DNA of 64,000 nucleotides from Candidatus Fervidifonticultor sextus (GTDB lineage Bacteria; Sysuimicrobiota; Sysuimicrobiia; Sysuimicrobiales; Humicultoraceae): NCBI GenBank assembly GCA_031459875.1, contig JAVKHQ010000001.1, positions 214,035 to 278,034 of the forward strand, read 5' to 3'. Shown piece by piece: positions 59,093 to 64,000 of this stretch (position 1 is its first letter; each line of letters starts with the position of its first letter). The notes under the pieces were generated by a model. It saw only the letters and a program-made list of their open reading frames with translations, ran no database searches and was not told where the DNA came from. The position numbers and the translations under genes were made by a program.

Positions 59093-61192
59093 CTATCGCA
59101 CCCGAGCCACCTGTTCCCGACGCCGCCGAACCAGTTCGCCCTCGAGGTCGGGGTATTCCACCCGCGGGTGCAGCATGCCGCTGAGGATGCGCACGAAGGC
59201 GGCGGCGATCCGGTCCAGTTCGCGGAACGTCAGCCCGCACTCATCGAGCTGGCCGTCCTCCAGCTTCTCGCGGATGAGGCGCCGGACGACCTCGTGGAGC
59301 CGTTCCGGCGTGGGCCGGTTGAGGGTGCGGACCGTGGCCTCTGTGGCGTCGGCCAGCATGACGATGGCCGTCTCGCGCGTCTGCGGCTTGGGGCCGTCGT
59401 ATCGGAAGGCCGCCTCGTCCAGCGGATCGCCACGCTCCAGGGCCTGATGGAAGAAGTACGTCAGCAGCGCGGTGCCGTGGTGCTGGGGGATGAAGTCGGC
59501 CACCGCCTGCGGCAGGCCGTACTCGCGCGCCAGCTCCAGCCCATCCCGCACGTGGGCGCCCACCGTCAGGGCCGAGAGGCTCGGGCTCATCTTCTCGTGA
59601 GGATTCTCGATGCCGACCTGGTTCTCCACGAAGAACGCCGGCCGCCGCAACTTGCCCACATCGTGGTAGTAGGTCCCCACGCGGACCAGCAGGGCGTCTG
59701 CGCCGATCGCCTCGGCCGCGGCCTCGGCCAGGTTCCCGACCATGATGCTGTGGTGGTAGGTGCCAGGCGCCTCCAGCTGGAGGCGCCGCAGCAGCGGGTG
59801 CGCGGGGTTGGCCAGTTCGAGGAGTTTGATCGGCGTGATCAGGCCGAACAGCTGCTCCAGGAAGGGCAGCACACCAATCGTAATGACCGCCGCCAGCAGA
59901 CCGTTGCCCAGCGCGTAGGCAGCGTTGATGGCCAGGGTCTGATACTCCGACGGGCCTTCCGGGAGCCCGGCGCCGATCGCCGCGGCGGCGTTGACCAGCC
60001 CCACCAGGATCCCGGCTTTGCCGAAGTCCGACCGGCGGTGGATCTGACGGGTGGCGTACACCGCCACCAGGCCGCCGACGAAGGCCACGACCACCGGACC
60101 CAGGTCGCCTCCGGCGGCCAGACCCGTGAGGATCGCCAGCACCGGCGTAGAGAACAGCGCGAGCGGCGGCCGGAGCAGAATCGCCAGCAACATCGAGCCG
60201 GCGGCTGCGGGGGCCAGGAAGTTGGAGAACCGGGGGGCGCCCAGCACCTGGGCCAGGCCCACCGTGCTGACGACGAGCAGGCTCCACAGGATCACCAGAC
60301 GGTCGCGCGCCCAGACCTCGGGCTGGAACTGCCAGAGGTAGGCGCCGGTGATCGCCAGCAGCAGGGCCACGATGACGATGAGTCCCGCGACCGCTCCCAG
60401 GGTGACGCGCGGCGGGTAGAGGCCAGCGATCCGCAGGATCTCCAGGTGCGCCCGCGTGACCACGTCGCCCTTGCGCAGGATGCTCTGCCCCCTCTGGACC
60501 CGGACGCGCACCGGCGCCACCAGGTTGGCGGCGGCCTGGCGCACCTCCAGCGTCCGGGCGGTGTCCACCTCCATCGTGGGGCGCAGCACCCCCACGGTGA
60601 CCTCGCTGGCCAGCAGGGTCAGGCCCGGGGCCAGTCCCGCCGCCCGCACGATGGCGCGGGCCCGTTCCCGGGCAGAAAGCAGCGCATCCTCGCGCACGCC
60701 GTCGGCGAGGGTCTGCTCCACCGCGGTCATCGCCGTGCGCCGCGCGGCAGCCAGGCCGGCGGCGCTGGCACCGGCCGCGGCCGCCGCGGCCGCCGGGGAC
60801 AGAGGGACTCCGACGGCCTGCTGGATGGCCTCGGCCCGGCCTGCTGGACCGGAGGCCACCCGCGCGGCCTCGATGGCGTCGAACGCGACCGCCGCGGCCG
60901 CCACAGCCGCGGCCACCTGCGCAGGCGAGGGCCGCAGCACGGGCGGCGTGGCCCGCATCGCCTCGGCCCGCATGGCCTCGGTGCGGGCCTGGTCGACGAA
61001 CTCGATGGTCCGCGGGGATTCCACGTCCCGCGGGCTGGGCTGCCCGACCTGCACCATCACCCCCGGCTGCAGGTAGTCGCCGGCCAGCATCCCCACCAGC
61101 AGGACCAGCGTCACCAGCCCGACGGAGGCGCGACGGACCCACAGCGGTCTAGAGCCCATCCAGGTGGCCAGGCGGCCGGACCCCCGGCGCAT
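59093..61192 (-). CDS. pgpH: 7TM receptor with intracellular HD hydrolase (PgpH/YqfF-type cyclic-di-AMP phosphodiesterase)
   Basis: 699 aa with an N-terminal extracellular 7TMR-HDED region, 7 TM helices, and a C-terminal HD domain ..TYHHSIMVGNLAEAAAE.. / ..VGTYYHDVGKLRRPAFF.. / ..DFIPQHHGTALL... Confidence 0.8.
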   Translation of the reverse strand: MRRGSGRLATWMGSRPLWVRRASVGLVTLVLLVGMLAGDYLQPGVMVQVGQPSPRDVESPRTIEFVDQARTEAMRAEAMRATPPVLRPSPAQVAAAVAAAAVAFDAIEAARVASGPAGRAEAIQQAVGVPLSPAAAAAAAGASAAGLAAARRTAMTAVEQTLADGVREDALLSARERARAIVRAAGLAPGLTLLASEVTVGVLRPTMEVDTARTLEVRQAAANLVAPVRVRVQRGQSILRKGDVVTRAHLEILRIAGLYPPRVTLGAVAGLIVIVALLLAITGAYLWQFQPEVWARDRLVILWSLLVVSTVGLAQVLGAPRFSNFLAPAAAGSMLLAILLRPPLALFSTPVLAILTGLAAGGDLGPVVVAFVGGLVAVYATRQIHRRSDFGKAGILVGLVNAAAAIGAGLPEGPSEYQTLAINAAYALGNGLLAAVITIGVLPFLEQLFGLITPIKLLELANPAHPLLRRLQLEAPGTYHHSIMVGNLAEAAAEAIGADALLVRVGTYYHDVGKLRRPAFFVENQVGIENPHEKMSPSLSALTVGAHVRDGLELAREYGLPQAVADFIPQHHGTALLTYFFHQALERGDPLDEAAFRYDGPKPQTRETAIVMLADATEATVRTLNRPTPERLHEVVRRLIREKLEDGQLDECGLTFRELDRIAAAFVRILSGMLHPRVEYPDLEGELVRRRREQVARVR

Positions 61193-62187
61193 CAGCCGCT
61201 CCCCGACGACGGCTCGGCGCGCATCGCCTCGTAGCGCTCGTAGGCGCGCACGATGGTCTGGACGAGCTCGTGGCGCACGACGTCCCCTTCACCCAGGGAC
61301 ACGAAGGCGATGCCCTCGATGGCTCTGAAGATCTCCCGCGCCTCGACGAGGCCCGAGGTCCGGTCCCGCGGCAGGTCGATCTGCGTGATGTCGCCCGTCA
61401 CCACCGCCTTGGAGCCGAACCCCATGCGCGTCAGGAACATCTTCATCTGCTCCCGCGTGGTGTTCTGGGCTTCGTCGAGGATGATGAAGGCGTCGTTGAG
61501 GGTGCGACCGCGCATGAAGGCCAGCGGCACCACCTCGATGACGCCCCGCTCCATCAGACGCGCCACGCGCTCGGGGCCGACCATCTCGTAGAGTGCGTCG
61601 TAGAGCGGCCTCAGGTAGGGATCTACCTTAGCCGCGATGTCGCCGGGCAGGAATCCGAGCTTCTCGCCGGCCTCGATGGCGGGCCGCGTCAGGACGAGCC
61701 GCTGGACGGACCGGGCCCGCAGGGCGACGGCGGCCATCGCGACGGCCAGGTACGTCTTCCCCGTCCCGGCCGGCCCGATGGCGAAGGTCAGGTCGTGGGT
61801 GCGGATGGCCTCGACGTAGGCCCGCTGCCCCGCGGTCCTGGGCGCGATCGGCTTCCCGGTCGGGGTAGTCAGCAGGACCTCTCCGCTGATCGTGATGCCG
61901 CCAGCTTCCGGCGGGGTGGGCCGGTTGCGCAGGGCGCGGCGGACATCGGCCGGCGTCACAGACTGGCCGCGGCGGGCCAGGGCCAGGATCTGGTCGAAGA
62001 CGCGGACCGCGGCACCCACCTCGTCCGGGGTCCCGCGGATGACCAGGGCGCCGCCGCGCACGGTCACGGACGCACCGAGCTCCTTCTCCACGACCTCCAG
62101 CAGCGCGTCGTGCTGCCCGAGGACAGCGACCGCGTCCGCACCGGAGGGGAGCGGAATCGTCGCCTCGCTCACCGAAGGGTGGGCCAC
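61192..62187 (-). CDS. phoH: PhoH-like ATPase (PhoH/YbeZ family)
   Basis: Walker [19 protein letters not shown] and Walker [12 protein letters not shown]. 331 aa, in the conserved position upstream of pgpH/ybeY. Confidence 0.85.
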   Translation of the reverse strand: MAHPSVSEATIPLPSGADAVAVLGQHDALLEVVEKELGASVTVRGGALVIRGTPDEVGAAVRVFDQILALARRGQSVTPADVRRALRNRPTPPEAGGITISGEVLLTTPTGKPIAPRTAGQRAYVEAIRTHDLTFAIGPAGTGKTYLAVAMAAVALRARSVQRLVLTRPAIEAGEKLGFLPGDIAAKVDPYLRPLYDALYEMVGPERVARLMERGVIEVVPLAFMRGRTLNDAFIILDEAQNTTREQMKMFLTRMGFGSKAVVTGDITQIDLPRDRTSGLVEAREIFRAIEGIAFVSLGEGDVVRHELVQTIVRAYERYEAMRAEPSSGSG

Positions 62188-62248
62188 CCCGACCTCCTAT
62201 CCGTTCGCCTTTCGGCAGGGAACAGGACCCCTCCTCCACCCCTGTGGG

Positions 62249-62701
62249 TCAGAGCAGGCGCCGAAGCCTCCGGAGGACCGCCGCCCGGTGGGCGGGCTTG
62301 CGGGGGACCACGATGATGGTGTTGTCGCCGGCGACCGTGCCGGCGATCTCCGGCCAGGCGGCCTCGTCGATGGCCTCGGCCACCGTGCCGGCGCTGCCGG
62401 TGGTCGTCTTCACCAGGATCAGGCCCGAGCCTTCCTCGATGTCGGTGGCGTAGTCTGTCAGGGCGCGCCGCAGCCGGGCCTCCAGCGCCTGGGGGGACGG
62501 GCGCGCCGTCTGCGGAGCCTGGTACCGGTAGGCGCCGTCCCCGGTGGGGACCTTCACCAGGCCCAGCCGCTTGATGTCACGGGAGACCGTGGCCTGCGTG
62601 ACCCGGATGCCCTGGCTGCGCAGCGCCGCCACCAGCGCGGCCTGGGTGGTGATGGGCCGGCTGGCGATGATCTGGAGGATGCGACGCTCGCGCGGGCGCA
62701 C
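62249..62701 (-). CDS. argR: Arginine repressor
   Basis: N-terminal winged helix MRPRERRILQIIASRPITTQAALVAALRSQGIRVTQATVSRDIKRLGLVKV, plus a C-terminal oligomerisation domain with GTVAGDNTIIVV. Confidence 0.85.
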   Translation of the reverse strand: MRPRERRILQIIASRPITTQAALVAALRSQGIRVTQATVSRDIKRLGLVKVPTGDGAYRYQAPQTARPSPQALEARLRRALTDYATDIEEGSGLILVKTTTGSAGTVAEAIDEAAWPEIAGTVAGDNTIIVVPRKPAHRAAVLRRLRRLL

Positions 62702-62709
62702 GAACGTCC

Positions 62710-64000
62710 CTAGCCGGGGGAGGCGTCAAGCAGGCGCGCCTCGGCGGCCCGCTGGTCGGCGGCGACCTGATCGAGCCAGGCGCGCTGCACGGCCAGCGCC
62801 GCCCGCGCACCGGCGATGGCCTCGCGGACCCTGCCCGGCGCCGTGCCGCCCGGAACGTCCTTGGCCGCCACCGCCCCCTCCGGGGTCACGGCCTCCAGAA
62901 CGTCCGCCTCGAACAGCGGCGAGATCCGTCGGTAGGCCTCCAGGGGGAGTTCCCACAATTCGCACCGGGCGGCCTCAGCGGCCTGCACCACCCGGCCCGC
63001 CAGGTGGTGCGCCTCCCTGAACGGGACGCCGCGGCGGACCAGGTAGTCAGCGACCTCGGTGGCGGTGAGGAACCCACCCCGCAGCGCCGCGGCCATGCGG
63101 TCCCGGTGGACGACCATCCGCGAGACCACCAGGTGCATCGCCGCCAGCGCCGCCTCGGCGGCGGCGAACGCGGTCGCTGCGGCGGCCTTGTCCTCCTGGA
63201 GGTCCCGGTTGTACCCCGGCGGCAGGCCCTTGAGCACGGCGGCCAGGCCCGTCAGGGCCCCGATCCCGACCCCGGCCTGGGCGCGGGTGAGTTCCAGCAA
63301 GTCCGGGTTGCGCTTCTGGGGCATCAGGCTGCTGCCGGTCATCAGGGCGTCGGGGAGCCCGATGAAGCCGAACTCCTGGGTGGTCCACAGGATGAGCTCT
63401 TCCGCCCACCGCGAGAGGTGGATCAACAACCCCGCCACCGCGGCGACGGCCTCCAGCACGAAGTCGCGGTCGCCGGTGGCGTCGACGCTGTTCTCGCTGA
63501 TCTGCGCGAAGCCGAGCATGGCCGCCTGCGCAGCCCGGTCCACGGGAAAGCCGGAGCCGGCAATCGCCCCGGACCCCAGGGGTGAGACGTCGAGGCGGAG
63601 GAAGGCGTCGCGCAGCCGTCCGGCGTCGCGGGACAGCATCCAGAAGTAGGCCAGCCAGTGGTGGGCGAGCAGCACGGGCTGGGCGCGCTGCAGGTGGGTA
63701 TAGGCCGGCAGCAGCACCTCGTCTGCCTCCCCGAGGCGGTCAGTGATCGCGGCCTGCAACCCGGTGATCCCGGCCACCAGCCGTCGGATGCGGTCCTTCA
63801 AGGCGAGGCGGAACGCGGTCACCACCTGGTCGTTGCGGCTGCGGCCGGCGTGCAGCCAGCCCGCCGCCGGCCCCAGGCGGGCGGCGAGCGTGGCCTCGAT
63901 GAAAGAGTGCACATCCTCATAGTCGCCGTCAGGGACCAGCGTGCCGGCCTCGGCCTCGGCCAGCATCGCCCGCAGCGTGCGGCCCAGCGAGGCGGCGGCG
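62710..64000 (-). CDS. argH: Argininosuccinate lyase, 3' portion (start lies beyond the window end)
   Basis: ..HAGRSRNDQVVTAFRLALKD.. (fumarate-lyase signature), ..GSSLMPQKRNPDLLELTRA.. (catalytic loop), and a C-terminal region. The reading frame stays open to position 64000. Confidence 0.85.
   Translation of the reverse strand, partial: AAASLGRTLRAMLAEAEAGTLVPDGDYEDVHSFIEATLAARLGPAAGWLHAGRSRNDQVVTAFRLALKDRIRRLVAGITGLQAAITDRLGEADEVLLPAYTHLQRAQPVLLAHHWLAYFWMLSRDAGRLRDAFLRLDVSPLGSGAIAGSGFPVDRAAQAAMLGFAQISENSVDATGDRDFVLEAVAAVAGLLIHLSRWAEELILWTTQEFGFIGLPDALMTGSSLMPQKRNPDLLELTRAQAGVGIGALTGLAAVLKGLPPGYNRDLQEDKAAAATAFAAAEAALAAMHLVVSRMVVHRDRMAAALRGGFLTATEVADYLVRRGVPFREAHHLAGRVVQAAEAARCELWELPLEAYRRISPLFEADVLEAVTPEGAVAAKDVPGGTAPGRVREAIAGARAALAVQRAWLDQVAADQRAAEARLLDASPG

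Overview
This is a 64 kb window of very high-GC (about 70%) chromosomal DNA. Gene content and order are Firmicutes/Clostridia-like (spoVS; secA-prfB; the phoH-pgpH-ybeY-dgkA-cdd-recO backbone; glyQS behind a T-box; rpsU next to a GatB/YqeY gene), which fits a Thermaerobacter/Symbiobacterium-type organism. Almost everything is encoded on the minus strand; only a thiolase, an XRE-TPR regulator and glnS are on the plus strand.

Core content:
- aminoacyl-tRNA synthetases (alaS 5' part, glnS, gltX, glyQ/glyS) and a tRNA-Gln(CUG)
- a Dpp/Opp-type ABC transporter without its ATPase genes
- secA, prfB (with the programmed +1 frameshift), lnt, hpf, H+-pyrophosphatase, ppdK, prs, csaB
- a VapBC toxin-antitoxin pair and one IS element
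- a cluster of Mg2+/metal-homeostasis genes: TAXI-TRAP transporter, CorC, an Nramp-related (NRMT-like) transporter, and a soluble MgtE-N/CBS protein

The most unusual part is a roughly 9 kb accessory island at 38.8-47.7 kb. It holds a STAND-ATPase/TPR/LuxR regulator, a small YVTN beta-propeller lipoprotein, and three tandemly duplicated secreted proteins built from about 47-aa Trp/Gly-rich repeats. These repeats look like PLL/AAL-type beta-propeller lectin blades, and one copy is fused to an HExxHxxGxxDxY (M6/aspzincin-like) zinc metalloprotease. A membrane protein of unknown function is also encoded there.

Many long ORFs in the six-frame track are G/R/P-rich antisense artefacts of the high GC content and were discarded. 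No rRNA genes or CRISPR arrays were seen.
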